Notes under the pieces: generated by a model | Told to the model about the DNA's origin: nothing | Seen by the model: the letters and a program-made list of their open reading frames with translations, nothing else | The model's database searches: none | Part shown: positions 13,561 to 26,599 of the stretch, piece by piece | How positions within the stretch are numbered: the stretch's first letter is position 1 | Layout: every line of letters starts with the position of its first letter | Assembly (NCBI RefSeq): GCF_044704955.1 | Contig: NC_091999.1 | Coordinates: 11,160,001-11,224,000, forward strand | Direction of reading: 5' to 3' | Length of the DNA stretch: 64,000 nt | Source: Pristiophorus japonicus | Taxonomy: Eukaryota | Made by a program: the position numbers and the translations under genes

Positions 13561-15380
13561 GTGTCTGCAGTGGTGCTGTGAGAATGTTAGGTGGTGAGCT
13601 GGCTGCCAGTAAATGGAAACACATTGAGCTGAGCAACAGTCAGTGTCCTTATAGGGGACTGCTTCCGCATTTTCAGACCGGGAGTGGAAATGAAACCCTT
13701 GCCTGTGCATTCGGAATGGAAGCTAATGATTGTTAATTGGGTTTGTTGCAATCCGGGGGCAACTCTTTATCCAGAACTACGTTAGTTTAACCCAGTCCAG
13801 CGAGCCTTCCCTCACGGGTGAGTGAGGTAATTAACTAACAATGCTCCCGTCTGTTGACGGAATGATTCGTATTTCCATGATATTGGAGTGATGATGTCTG
13901 CTGTTTCCGAAAATACAGTGGAACAGATTTAAAGAACAAATTCTCTCAGTAATCTTAACATCGTTTCGCGCACTGCTCCATTCATTCATTTGCATTTAAA
14001 ACGCTGTTTCAATTTTATCTGTTGAATTATTAGTGCCTTTAACGATTTATTTACTGATCCATAATTTTCAGCTTGTTGATTAGCAATGAGAGAGACTGGT
14101 CGGGCGGCACATCAGCGCTTTTCAATAAATCATCACAAATCGTTGTAAAGTGCCCCAGACCAGAGTGGGGGGAGCACGTTCAACGAATCCAGCGATCGGT
14201 ATGGGGCGGGTTCAGAGCCTCTAGGATGATGTGTGGGATTCGTGCAGCATCCCCAGGTTGAAGCATACGGTGGTGCAATGCCCGAGGCCGACTGGAGTGG
14301 GATCAAAGCGCCCCAGAGTGGGTTTAGTTGGTTTCAGAGCCCTGCAGAGTTAGTTGTAGAAAGGGTTCCGGGTCCCGAAGGTGACGTTTAGAGGGGAATC
14401 TCGTTAACAACAGCTCAACACCAACAGTGACTAAAAAACTGTCCTTACAACTTTCAGTCGTATTACAAACAGATGCGGTGTAGAAAACTGAACAAAATGT
14501 GAGGTTTTGGGCTGTCTTTCACCCCGTTAAAATCGATCGCCACCATCGATACAGTTAATGCCTTCAGAAATCAAATCTCAGGATGTGTCTTTAATTAATG
14601 TTTTAACATTTCACCCATCTTCCACATACTTCTGCTTACTTGTCCTTTCAAATTGTTAGAATCATAAGTCAATCCTTGGATGTGTTGGATGTCTTTTTGA
14701 TGATTATTACCGATATTCCGACTCAGCCTATTGCACCTTTCAAATACTAATCTTCAATTTATTCCAAAATGGTACCGTTGTTAATGAAAAACGGCATTTA
14801 ATGCAAGGACCTTTATCTGAGCCAGCCGCCTTCTGGTGGATATTGTGAGAACTGTTCTGATGTCGGTGCACATCATGTGAGAACTTCTGGACTGAAATTC
14901 CTCTCGGGCGGTGGAACGAGACCGATGGTATCAGATCAGCCGCCTGTTGCACACAGCACCGGATAATCAGCTCCTCGGGCCGATACGAATTTTATGTCAC
15001 TGTGTTTATTGATTGCTCTGTCTGCAGTTCACATTTGGGAAGCTCGTATCGTGTGGTTTTGACTTAATCTGCCGAGCAGCAGCAAAGATTTCTATAATTA
15101 AACGAAAGACTGAAAGAAGAAAATTCCTACGATTATGGATAAAGCGTGGAAACAAGTGATGCGAAGGGACAGGCAGGCATAGAAAGCACATCGAAAGATT
15201 AAAAGCACCACAGATGCGTTTGTGCAATGTATTTTTATTATAACTGCGATTTAAAATCTCCAAATAATAAAATTCCGCCGATGGACATCTCCGATTTTTG
15301 TTGAGAGTTTTTGTTTTGTTGGATGGTCCCTGTGACTCTTACTGTGGCGACTGAGTAGCCTCTGCTGTTTAGCGGTATAA

Positions 15381-15396
15381 GAGCGCCCTCTGCTGA
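15381..15396 (-). promoter_or_regulatory. CTCF-binding motif downstream of RSS
   Basis: TCAGCAGAGGGCGCTC on the minus strand, about 25 bp beyond the nonamer. Confidence 0.7.
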
Positions 15397-15460
15397 GCAT
15401 GAACTGGAACTCTCAGTGTGGGTTTTTATACAGGAACCACAATATCTTTGCAGCAGTGTG

Positions 15461-15595
15461 GGGCTCATGGCACAGAAATACACGATGGTGTCAGAGATCA
15501 GGACATTGCTGATTGTTAGCTCGGTAATCTTGGTAGTTTGATCGAACACGGCAGGGAATCATCTGTGAAGTCGGGGTTTCGGTGTTTTATACTGT
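15461..15595 (-). pseudogene. TCR V relic (FR3 only, 'KITEL' family), 5' part replaced by CR1
   Basis: ..FDQTTKITELTISNVLISDTIVYFCAMSP followed by CACACTG-24-ATAAAAACC (15421-15460). Frameshift upstream. Confidence 0.85.
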
Positions 15596-15599
15596 TCAA

Positions 15600-15915
15600 T
15601 TATGACCTCCTTGCTATTCTCTTCTGTGCTTCGACAACAAAGGCTAGTATTCCATATGCCTTCTTAACTAACTTATCAACCTGGCCTGCTACCTTGAGGT
15701 TCTATGTGTCAGCATTCAAAGGTCCCTTAGTTCCTCTGCACTTTTCAGTGTCCTACCATTTAATGTGTATTCCATTGGCTTGGCAGACCTCCACAAATGC
15801 ATTGCCTCACGCATATCTGCATTGAATTCAATTTGCCACTGTTCCGTGCGCCTGACCAGTGCATTGATATTGTCCTGCAATCCGCAGTTTTCTTCTTCAT
15901 TTTCAATCATACTGC
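15600..15915 (-). mobile_element. Old CR1 RT fragment
   Basis: LQDNINALVRRTEQWQIEFN..YTLNGRTLKSAEELRDL. Confidence 0.8.
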
Positions 15916-17006
15916 TTATTTTAGGAAGTGAAGGGAAAACTCCAAACGGTTTAAGGATCATGTGTCTATCAAATTATTAAACGTAATTGGGGCGAGGTTC
16001 CGAGGAGATATGACGGAAAATTTCAGTCAGATGTACAACAGGTATCTATGGGTTTCGGGCACTTGTTATCCCTGAGCAAATGGATCGATTTCTATCAGGT
16101 TTACCTCAGTACAACAAACGCAGAGAAAGGAATCACTGGAACCGAGAAATGCAGGACCAAAACAAAACTGACTGTATGGAGGTGTGCACAAAGATTAAGT
16201 GCATTAATTTCAGCATAGTGGAAGCGCGCCTCCCGTTAGGTTCGGGCAGATGTAGAACCGTTTCTGCAGATATTTGGCACACATCAGACTGAACAATACA
16301 ATGTAAACCCTACACTCGCATAGCCGAGTCTGAACAAAACATATTCATATTCCGCGCCGAACAATTACCAGCAAAGTCAGTTGATGATGGTAAGATATTG
16401 TATCGAATATTGTATCAATATATTGAACTGAATGTAAAGCTAGTTGTTCAGTTTAATTCACTCACAGTCACAAATCAAACTGAGGTAGTTGACGGGGGTT
16501 CGGGATCTATTAACCCACTGCTGGCGCACACAAGATGCAAGCTTTTTTTGTGAAAATCTCATCTTAAATTTATTTTAATGGAATGGCAATCTCATTCTTT
16601 TACACTGCATGACTGTTTCGTTAGAATTATCGACCAGAGGAAATCTACCGCATAGCGTGGACATCTCGGTGTAAACACGATTGTTACAGGAAAATGAAGT
16701 CCATCAGTTTTCACACACCGGCATAAAATAAACAAATGCTCAGTAAAGTAATGGATTTACGCCCGTACCAAATACGATGTGCATTGACTGTATGGCTCCA
16801 GGATGCGATACTGAATGCTGTGACTGTCAGTATCTCTGATCATACCCGTTATAAAATGGAAGTTATAGAGTCGCACCTTGTGGTAACACAACCTGTGGCA
16901 GGCCCGCCGACAGTTTCCGTTTGCTGCTCTCACACTGACGCGCCTTACCTGTCCTGTGTTAAAGGAGAGATTTCTGAAGCTGTGACGGGACTGTAAATAT
17001 GAGGGA

Positions 17007-17045
17007 GGTTTTTGTACATTGAATGCCGCGTTTCCACTCAGTGTG
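17007..17045 (-). promoter_or_regulatory. 23-RSS (CACACTG-23-ACAAAAACC)
   Basis: Perfect nonamer and a counted 23-bp spacer. Confidence 0.95.
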
Positions 17046-17476
17046 CGGCTTCATCGCACAGTAATAGACAGCCGTATCCGCGCACTCCGAGTTCTCAATG
17101 GCCAAATGGCCGCGTTTCTTCTCAGGGGAAATATCCAATTCAAATCGGTCCCTTCTCATTTGGCCAACCGATAATCGCTTTATTATCAACTCGAGTTTCT
17201 GACTGGATTTCTGTTTGTACCATTGCATGAAGAACATGCCGTTCATGTCATAGCTGCAGTTTATTTGCACGGAATCCCCACTCTGGACTGTTATCGCAGC
17301 TGGAGACTGCAGCACACGCTCCGAGAGACAACGATCTGTAAAAAAATATTCAGATAATAAAACACTGCAGCAAGGTGAATAAAAAATACTGTGGGTTGTT
17401 GAAGACAGCTCCTGTACCTACATGTTAGCAGCAGCAGAATAAAGGGTAACAGATTCACTTGTACCGAATAAAACAT
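17046..17476 (-). CDS. TCR alpha/delta V gene segment, apparently intact; leader 17422-17476, V exon 17046-17335
   Basis: Leader MFYSVQVNLLPFILLLLT|gtaggt. V exon (Y)RCLSERVLQSPAAITVQSGDSVQINCSYDMNGMFFMQWYKQK...NSECADTAVYYCAMKP. Confidence 0.9.
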
Positions 17477-17654
17477 TCTTGTGATTATGATGTGAAGAAG
17501 AAAACGGCACTCAGCTCGCATCAGAAGATATCGGATCCGAGTAAACACACGGGACAGTTGGCTGACTACATTGAGCGCAGCCCAGTTAACGCCTCCAGCA
17601 CGTGGGTTTGCTGCTCTTGGATTGGCTGTAAATGGGAATTGTTCACCCGCGATT

Positions 17655-18376
17655 CATAAGAACATAAGAACATAAGAATTAGGAACAGGAGTAGGCCATC
17701 TAGCCCCTCGAGCCTGCTCCGCCATTCAACAAGATCATGGCTGATCTGGCCGTGGACTCAGCTCCACTTACCCGCCCTCTCCCCGTAACCCTTAATTCCC
17801 TTATTGGTTAAAAATCTATCTATCTTTAACTTGAAAACATTCAATGAGCTAGCCTCAACTCCTTCCTTGGGCAGAGAATTCCACAGATTCACAACCCTCT
17901 AGGAGACGAAATTCCTTCTCAACTCGGTTTTAAATTGGCTCCTCCGTATTTTGAGGCTGTGCCCTCTAGTTCTAGTCTCCCCTAACAGTGGAAACAACCT
18001 CTCTGCCTCTATCTTGTCTATCGCTTTCATGATTTTGAATGTTTCTATAAGATCACCGCTCATCCTTCTGAACTACAACGAGTAAAGACCCAGCTACTCA
18101 ATCAATCATCATAAGGTAACCCCCTCATTTCTGGAATCAGCCGAGTGAATCGGTTCTGTACCCCTTCCAAAGCTAGTATATCCTTCCTTAAGTAAGGTGA
18201 CCAAAACTGCACGCAGTACTCAAGGTGCGGCCTTACTAATACCTTATACAGTTGTACCAGGACCTCCCTGCTTTTATACTCCATCCCTCACGCAATGAAG
18301 GCCAACATTGCATTCGCCTTCCTGATTACCTGCTGCACCTGCAAACTAACCTTTTGGGATTCATGCACAAGGACCT
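17655..18376 (-). mobile_element. 5'-truncated CR1 inserted in the V promoter
   Basis: (CATAAGAA)3 tail at 17655-17678, ORF 18102-18284 (RPHLEYCVQFWSP) and probable TSD GATTCA (17651-17656 / 18382-18387). The inverted paralog at ~48870 has the empty site. Confidence 0.9.
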
Positions 18377-19289
18377 GCAGGGATTCACATACATACCTGC
18401 CAGTCGTCTCGTGACCAGCAATTTCCTCTCCTGCTGGTGGTGGAGGGCGGGGTAAGTGACGTGAAGTGCATCCCTTTTTGATAGTGACTCTCCGAAGAGA
18501 CATATTTGGCGCTGGGTATTTGTAACTAATTCAAACTCTATCTAACACTTTCCTTGCAGAGCTGATGGAGCCTGTAGAACTCTACCCCACAAAGAATTCA
18601 ACTCCTTCAGGACAGTCTGAAAAACCAGTTGCTTGGATGGAGGCGTTGGATCTCGAGCCCAATGTCGTAACAACTGGTATCCAACCGTTCTATTACATAA
18701 CGGACACCAACAATGTCCAGCATGTGAGTTGTGTGGGAGGCATTTCTGAAAATCCAAGCTGGGGTTTCGCTGAAGGGCCCGATGTTCCAGTTTTGACTTC
18801 AATTGATGGGATGGAAAATGTCTGCGTGTGAATTTTTATAAAATGCAGTGATGGTTGCACACCAGTCATCACACGAGCTTGACAGAGCTAGTCCTTTATC
18901 CAATGGTCAGGATTAACCAAGACGGCTAGAGACCTGCTTTGCTGCACGGAACCAGCAGGCAAACATATCGCATTGTGGGCTGGCCCGTGCTGCCCCAGGA
19001 CCCTCGGCTTTTCTGTGTCCCATACCCTTATTTGTTGCACCTCCGCCACTATCTCTCACCACTTCTCCGCAATAAACATTCACCACATCTCGCCACAAAT
19101 ATTCGCCACTCATCCTCTATACCTGGGCCCTGCCGATGTTCCTGCCCACGCTCCAAAACGGCGACGAGTGTTTTGATCCAGTCGCCCATCTCAAATTCGT
19201 CGCACACTTGGAGCAGCTCGCTCTCCCTCCCTCAGTCGGTGTGCAGCACCCTCCCTCTTCCTCCCTCCCTTGCTTGCTGCGTAGTGATC

Positions 19290-22200
19290 TCCCGACCGAG
19301 GGGGAGAGAGGGAGGGAATACACACCCACCGAGGGGGAGAGATGGATGGAACTACGCATGGACCGAGGGGGAGAGAGGGAGGGAACTACGCACCAACCGA
19401 AGGGGAGGGAGGAAGGGAAGTAGCACCGACCGAGTGGGGGAGAGGGAGGGAACTACACACCGACCGAGGTGGAGGGAGAGGGAGGACATCACACACTGAC
19501 TGAGGGAGAGAGAGGGAGGGCACCACACACTGACTGAGGAACAGAGAGGGAGGGAACTACGCACAGACCTAGGGAGAGAGAGGGAGGGAACTACAAACTG
19601 ACAGAGGGGGAGAGAGATGGAGGACACCACACAGTGACTGAGGGAGAGAGAATGAGGGCACCACACACTGACCGAGGGTCAGAGAGGGAGGGAACTATGC
19701 ACAGACCGAGGGAGAAAGAGGGAGGGCACCACACACACTGACCGAGGGAGAGAGAGGGAGGGAACTACACACCGACCGAGGGGGAGAGAGAATGAGGGCA
19801 CCACACACTGACCGAGGGACAGAGAGGGAGGGAACTACGCACAGACCGAGGGAGAGAGAGGGAGGGCACCACACACACTGACCGAGGGAGAGATCTGCAG
19901 GTAACTACACACCGACTGAGGGAGGGAGAGGGAGGGAACTATGCACCGAACGAGGGATTAGAGGGAGGGAACTACACACCGACTGAGGGATAGAGATTGA
20001 GGGAACTACACACCGATGGAGGGGGAGAGTGAAGGAGGGAACTACACACCGACCGAGGGAGAGAGAGGGAGGACACCACACACGCTGACAGAGGGAGAGA
20101 GACGGAGGGAACTACACACCGACCGAGGGAGAGAGAGAGGGAGGGAACTACACAACGACCGAGGGATAGAGATTGAGGGAACTACACACCGACGGAGGGG
20201 TAGAAAGAGTGGGAGGGCATCACACAGCCCGAGGGAGAGAGTGGGAGGGAACTACACACCGACCGAGGGAGAGAAAGGGAGGGAATTATGCACCGACCAA
20301 GGGGGAGAGAGGGAGGGAACTACACACTGAGAGGGAGAGAGACGGAGGGAATTACGCACCGACCAAGGGGGAGAGAGGGAGGGAACTACACACCGACCAA
20401 GCGAGAGAGAGGGAGGGAACTACACACTGACCGAGGGAGAGAGAGTGAGCGAACTACAAACCGATCGAGGAGGAGAGAGTAATGGAACTACGCACTGACT
20501 GAGGGGGAGAGAGGGAGGGAACTACACAGCGTCCGAGGGGAAGAGAGAGGGAGGTCACCACACAGTGACTGAGGGAGAGAGAGTGAGGGCACCACACACT
20601 GACCAAGGGACAGAGAGGGAGGGAACTATGCAGAGACCGAGGGAGAGAGAGGGAGGACACCACACACACTGACAGAGGGGGAGAGACGGAGGGAACTACA
20701 CACCGACCGAGGGAGAGAGAGGGAGGGAACTACACACCGAACGAGGGCGAGAGAGATGGGGAACTACACAGTGACCGAGGGGGAGAGAGAGGGAGGACAC
20801 CACTCAGTGACTGAGGGAGAAAGACTGAGGGCAGCACACACTGACCGAGGGACAGAGAGGGAGGGAACTATGCACAGACCGAGGGAGAGAGGGGGAGGGC
20901 ACCACACACACTGACCGAGGGAGAGAAACGGAGGGAACTACACACCGACCGTGGGAGAGAGACGGAGGGAACTACACACCGACCAAGGGAGAGAGAGGGG
21001 GAGGACACTTCACACTGACCGAGGGAGAGAGACGGAGTGAACTACACACCGACCGAGGGAGAGAGAGGGAGGGAACTACACACCGATGGAGGGGGAGAGA
21101 GATGGAGGACACCACAAACTGACTGAGGGTGAGAGAGTGAGGGCACCACACACTGACCAAGGGACAGAGAGGGAGGGAACTACGCACAGACCGAGGGGGA
21201 GAGAGGTGGGGAACTACACACCGACCGAGGGATAGAGATGGAGGGAACTACACACCGACCGAGGAGGTGTGATGGAGGGACCTTCACACCGACCAAGGGG
21301 GAGAGAGAGGGAGGGCACTAAACATAGACCGAGGGAGAGAGAGGGAGGGAAGTATTCACCGACCGAGGGGAGAGAGAGGGAGGGCATCACACACTGACCA
21401 ACTGAGAGAGAGGGAGGTAACTATGCACCGACTGAGGGGAAGAAAGGGAGGGAACTACGCACCGACCGAGGGAGAGAGAGTGAGCGAACTACAAACCGAT
21501 CGAGGAGGAGAGAGTAATGGAACTATGCACTGACTGAGGGGGAGAGAGGGAGGGAACTACACAGCGACCGAGGGGGAGAGAGAGGGAGGTTACCACACAG
21601 TGACTGAGGGAGAGAGAGTGAGGGCACCACACACTGACCGAGGGACAGAGAGGGAGGGAACTATGCAGAGACCGAGGGAGAGAGAGGGAGGACACCACAC
21701 ACACTGACAGAGGGAGAGAGACGGAGGGAACTACACACCGACCGAGGGAGAGAGAGCGAGGAAACTACACACCGAACGAGGGGGAGAGAGATGGGGAACT
21801 ACACAGTGACCGAGGGGGAGAGAGAGGGAGGACACCACTCAGTGACTGAGGGAGAAAGACTGAGGGCAGCACACACTGACCGAGGGACAGAGAGGGAGGG
21901 AACTATGCACAGACCGAGGGAGAGAGGGGGAGGGCACCACACACACTGACCGTGGGAGAGAAACGGAGGGAACTACACACCGACCGAGGGAGAGAGACGG
22001 AGGGAACTACACACCGACCGAGGGGGAGAGAGGTAGGGAACTACACACCGACCGAGGGATAGAGATGGAGGGAACTACACACCGACCGAGGAGGTGTGAT
22101 GGAGGGACCTACACACCGACCGAGGGGGAGAGAGAGGGAGGGCACTAAACATAGACCGAGGGAGAGAGAGGGAGGGACGTACACACCGACCGAGCAGAGA

Positions 22201-24392
22201 GAGAGGGAGGGCATCACACACTGACCAACTGAGAGAGAGGGAGGTAACTATGCACCGACTGAGGGGGAGAAAGGGAGGGAACTACGCACCGACCGAGGGA
22301 GAGAGGGATGGAGCTACACACTGACCGAGGGAGAGAGAGTGGGAGGGCACCACACATTGACCGATGGTGAGAGAGGGCTGGAACTACACACCGACCGAGG
22401 GGGAGAGAGGGATGGAGCCACACACTGACCGAGGGGGAGAGAGGCAGGGAAATACACACTGACCGAGGGGGAGAGAGGGAGGGAACTACACACTGAACAA
22501 GGGAGAGAGAGTGGGAGGGCACCACACATTGACCGAGGGGGAGAGAGGGATGGAGCTACACACTGACAGAGGGGGAGAGAGGGAGGGAACAACACACCGA
22601 CGGAGAGGGAGAGAGTGTGAGGGCACCACCCACTGACCGAGGGAGGGAGAGGGAGGGAACTACACACTGACCGAGGGGGAGAGAGGGAGGGAACTCCTCA
22701 CCGACGGAGTGGGAGAGAGGGAGGGAACTACACACCGACCGAGGGGGACGGAGTAATGGAACTACATAATGACCGAGGGAGAGAGAGGGAGGGAACTACG
22801 CAGCGACTGAGGGGGAGAGAGGGAGGGAACTACACACCGACTGAGAGGGAGAGAGGGAGGGAACTACGCACCGACTGAGGGGTAGAGAGGGAGGGAACTA
22901 CGCACCGACCGAGGTGGAGATAAAGGGAGGGCACCACACACTGACCAAGGGAGAGAGAGTGGGAGGGCACCACACATTGACCGAGGAGGAGAGAGGGAGG
23001 GAACTATACACCGACCGAGGGGGACAGAGGGAGGGAACTACTCACCGACGGAGTGGGAGAGAGGGAGGGAACTATACACCGACCGAAGGGGACAGAGGGA
23101 GGGAACTACGCACCGACTGAGGGGGAGAGAGGGAGGGAACTACGCACCGACCGAGTTGGAGAGAGAGGGAGGGCACCACACACTGACCAAGGGAGAGAGA
23201 GTGGGAGGGCACCACACATTGACCGATGGTGAGAGAGGGCTGGAACTACACACCGACCGAGGGGGAGAGAGGGATGGAGCTACACACTGACCGAAGGGGA
23301 GAGAGGGAGGGAAATAAACACTGACCGAGGGGGAGAGAGGGAGGGAACTACACACTGACCAAGGGAGAGAGATTGGGAGGGCACCACACATTGACCGAGG
23401 GGGAGAGAGGGATGGAGCTACACACTGACAGAGGGGGAGAGAGGGAGGGATCAACACACCAACGGAGAGGTAGAGAGAGTGAGGGCACCACCCACTGACC
23501 GAGGGACGGAGAGGGAGGGAACTACGCACCGACCGAGGCAGAGAGGGATGGAGCTACACACTGACCGAGGGAGAGAGAGTGGGAGGGCACCACACATTGA
23601 CCGATGGTGAGAGAGGGCTGGAACTACACACCGACCGAGGGGGAGAGAGGGATGGAGCCACACACTGACCGAGGGGGAGAGAGGGAGGGAAATACACACT
23701 GACCGAGTGGGAGAGAGGGATGGAGCCACACACTGACCGAGGGGGAGAGAGGGAGGGAAATACACACTGACCGAGTGGGAGAGAGGGATGGAGCCACACA
23801 CTGACCGAGGGGGAGAGAGGGAGGGAAATACACACTGACCGAGTGGGAGAGAGGGAGGGAACTATACACTGACCAAGGGAGAGAGAGTGGGAGGGCACCA
23901 CACATTGACCGAGGGGGAGAGAGGGATGGAGCTACACACTGACAGAGGGGGAGAGAGGGAGGGAACAACACACCGATGGAGAGGGAGAGAGAGTGAGGGC
24001 ACCACCCACTGACCGAGGGAGGGAGAGGGAGGGAACTACACACCGACCGAGGGGGAGAGAGGGAGGGAACTACTCACCGACGGAGTAGGAGAGAGGGAGG
24101 GAACTACACACCGACCGAGGGGGACGGAGTAATGGAACTACATAATGACCGAGGGAGAGAGAGGGAGGGAACTACGCATCGACTGAGGGGGAGAGAGGGA
24201 GGGAACTACACACCGACTGAGAGGGAGAGAGGGTGGGAACTACGCACCGACTGAGGGGGAGAGAGGGAGGGGACTACGCACCGACCGAGTTGGAGAGAGA
24301 GGGAGGGCACCACACACTGACCGAGGGAGAGAGAGAGGGAGGGAACTACACACCGACCGAGGGGGAGAGAGGGATGAAATTACACACTGACC
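19290..24392 (+). repeat. ~5.1-kb purine-rich minisatellite, unit ~34-38 bp (GAGGGGGAGAGAGGGAGGGAACTACACACCGACC), with higher-order repeats
   Basis: Directly visible tandem array. Near-identical blocks are offset by 1035 bp (20454-20669 vs 21489-21704). One inverted unit lies at ~19220-19272. Confidence 0.95.
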
Positions 24393-25849
24393 TGATTCGC
24401 AACCACAGCACTACTGCCAGCTGACTCTTTGACACAGCCAATCATATCCTCAGCTTAGAATCACACAAGCAGTTCCCGGGCAGGAGCTGTTGGTTGGTGA
24501 CAAGGAGCAGGAATCCCGGCTGAGACTTGCTCTCTCTAACTCTCAGACACCGAGGACGTGGGGACCAATCTTTCACTTCCCCAACATCCCACAAAAAGCA
24601 AAGGAGAAAATTAACGGTTCATTTGCGTTTTATTGAGGGACAGATTTCGGCTCGGGGAGCCACAGTCAAAGGTGCTCTTCAAACCCTGCCACAGGAGTTT
24701 TACCATCCATCTCTTGGATGAAGCCGTCGCTTAAACTCTTATCTGAAAGACAACGCCTTGATAACACAGCAACTACCAGTGCACAAGGCTCCTGCGCAAA
24801 TTCTCGGTCTTTCACTTCCCAAAGTAGTGTAGACATGGAGCCGCACAGGCCGGTCGAATTCCAAATCTGATCCTGAGTCTAGGCTCGGCTTATGCCACAG
24901 TTAGGCTCATTTATTTAAAATGCGCAGAACCAGCATGTTGCTGGGGCGGGCGGCGAGGGGAGGTGGGGAGCGGGTTCAGAGTTCCCAGGGTGACAGTTAG
25001 CGCGGCTGCAGATCCCCACTGTGTGGCGCAGGTCGGTTTCAGGGTTCATAATGTGAGGTGTAGGGCGGGTTCAGGTAGTCTTTCGTCATTTCACATCAAT
25101 CTGCAACATTGTACATTTAATCGCTTCAGAAATCGGATCTCCGGGTTTTCCAATTATTCACATTTTACAATCTCTTTCCCCATTTTCCACACCATTTCGC
25201 TCTCTTATCCTGCCCACTGGTTAGTATCGGAATTCAATTCTTCCGATGATGGATGTATTTATCTGATGATTATTGCTTGACGTGCCATCCCAACCCATTG
25301 TGACAATTGGATTTCAAATATCCATCCCCTATTCATTCTAAAATTTGCACAAATGTTGGGGAAACTACATTTGACACAAAGCCCAGGGGTCTGATCAGCA
25401 ACAAAAAAATGGTGGGAACTGATGGCCTGTGTTGGATAATCTGAGAATTGTTCAGATTTTCAGATAGCCAGGGTTTGAGAAATCTGGTGTTTATTCCCTG
25501 AGCTGTCTGTAGTTCCTCGTTATAGGAATATGGGTTGGAACCGTTCTGAATAAATCTAGAGAGATTCGGCAAAGGTTTTTCGTCGTTCGATTAAAGGCTG
25601 ATAGAAGGAAGTTCATACAATTGTGCGTAAAGGGTGGAGATAGGGGATAAGAAGAGAGAGGCATCGGCAAAGGCATCGAAAGAAAAAAAGGGAGATAAGG
25701 CACCACAGATTGATCAGTGAAGTTGTTTTTATATTATATGTGGGAGTTGAAATCAGCAATAATATTATAGCGCTTGTGGAGATCACCTGTTGTTGAGTGT
25801 TGTGTTTTTTCCCGTTTAAGAACTTCCCTGTAACTCTCACTGTTTGTGC

Positions 25850-25970
25850 TGTACGGGACAGAAATACGATGTCGGAGGTGTCAGAGAATAGTGCTTTGCA
25901 GGTCATTAGCTCAGTTATCTTGCTACTTTAATTAAACGTACAAGATAATCGTTCAGTGAAGTCATGCTTC
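25850..25970 (-). pseudogene. TCR V relic ('KITEL' family FR3), RSS deleted
   Basis: DFTERLSCTFN*SSKITELMTCKALFSDT..YFCP. The downstream flank 25090-25845 is paralogous to 14530-15350. Confidence 0.7.
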
Positions 25971-26258
25971 CTGGCATAATATTAACCGTGCACTGCGGAG
26001 GCTGCCCGGCGTTTTAGCCCGAGGTCAAATTCAAATATTTCCAACTCAGTGTTAGCACTCACATTTTAAAAGCTATCTCGCCAGCGCCGAGGTCTGTCCA
26101 CTTATAATGTCCCTCGATAGTTTTGGGGCTTCGACTAGTAATGGAACTCACTGGATGTTGCGGGAACAAAGACATAGCCGGCATCGAATTGGTTTAGATT
26201 ATTTTTCGATTTTCACCTTATTGAGAGAGTGACAAAGAGAAAGGCACTTACTCGCTAT

Positions 26259-26463
26259 TGTAATGACTCAAAGGTCTGCTTACTGTAAACTCACTCAAGT
26301 GCATCCTGATCCAACTTTATTCCAGCTCAATTGCGCCTGCGTGACAAAGACACCCAGTTTATATACAGGTGACTAAGCACACATGCCACATGCATAGAGC
26401 CCGATGTCCTCCGACCGCAGCGCCCTGTGGCGTGTGGTGACCCCCAAGCATTAATACATAACA
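26259..26463 (-). mobile_element. Solo LTR (205 bp) with 5-bp TSD GCTAT
   Basis: TGT...ACA termini, GCTAT at 26254-26258 and 26464-26468, and AATAAA on the minus strand. Confidence 0.8.
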
Positions 26464-26599
26464 GCTATACTCCTTGCATTAAAGTATATAACATCAACAC
26501 AGGAAGGCCTCCTTCCTTACTACATACTAAGCCCTGCAACCTCTGTCTTACAGATTCGCTTTCTAGATTCTTGCTATCCAATATCTGCTTTACTTGCTT

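Noticed and set aside
19290-24392. Many 60-190 aa ORFs and a CRISPR-like periodicity
   Set aside because: These are translations of a simple minisatellite. There are no unique spacers or cas genes, and the context is vertebrate.
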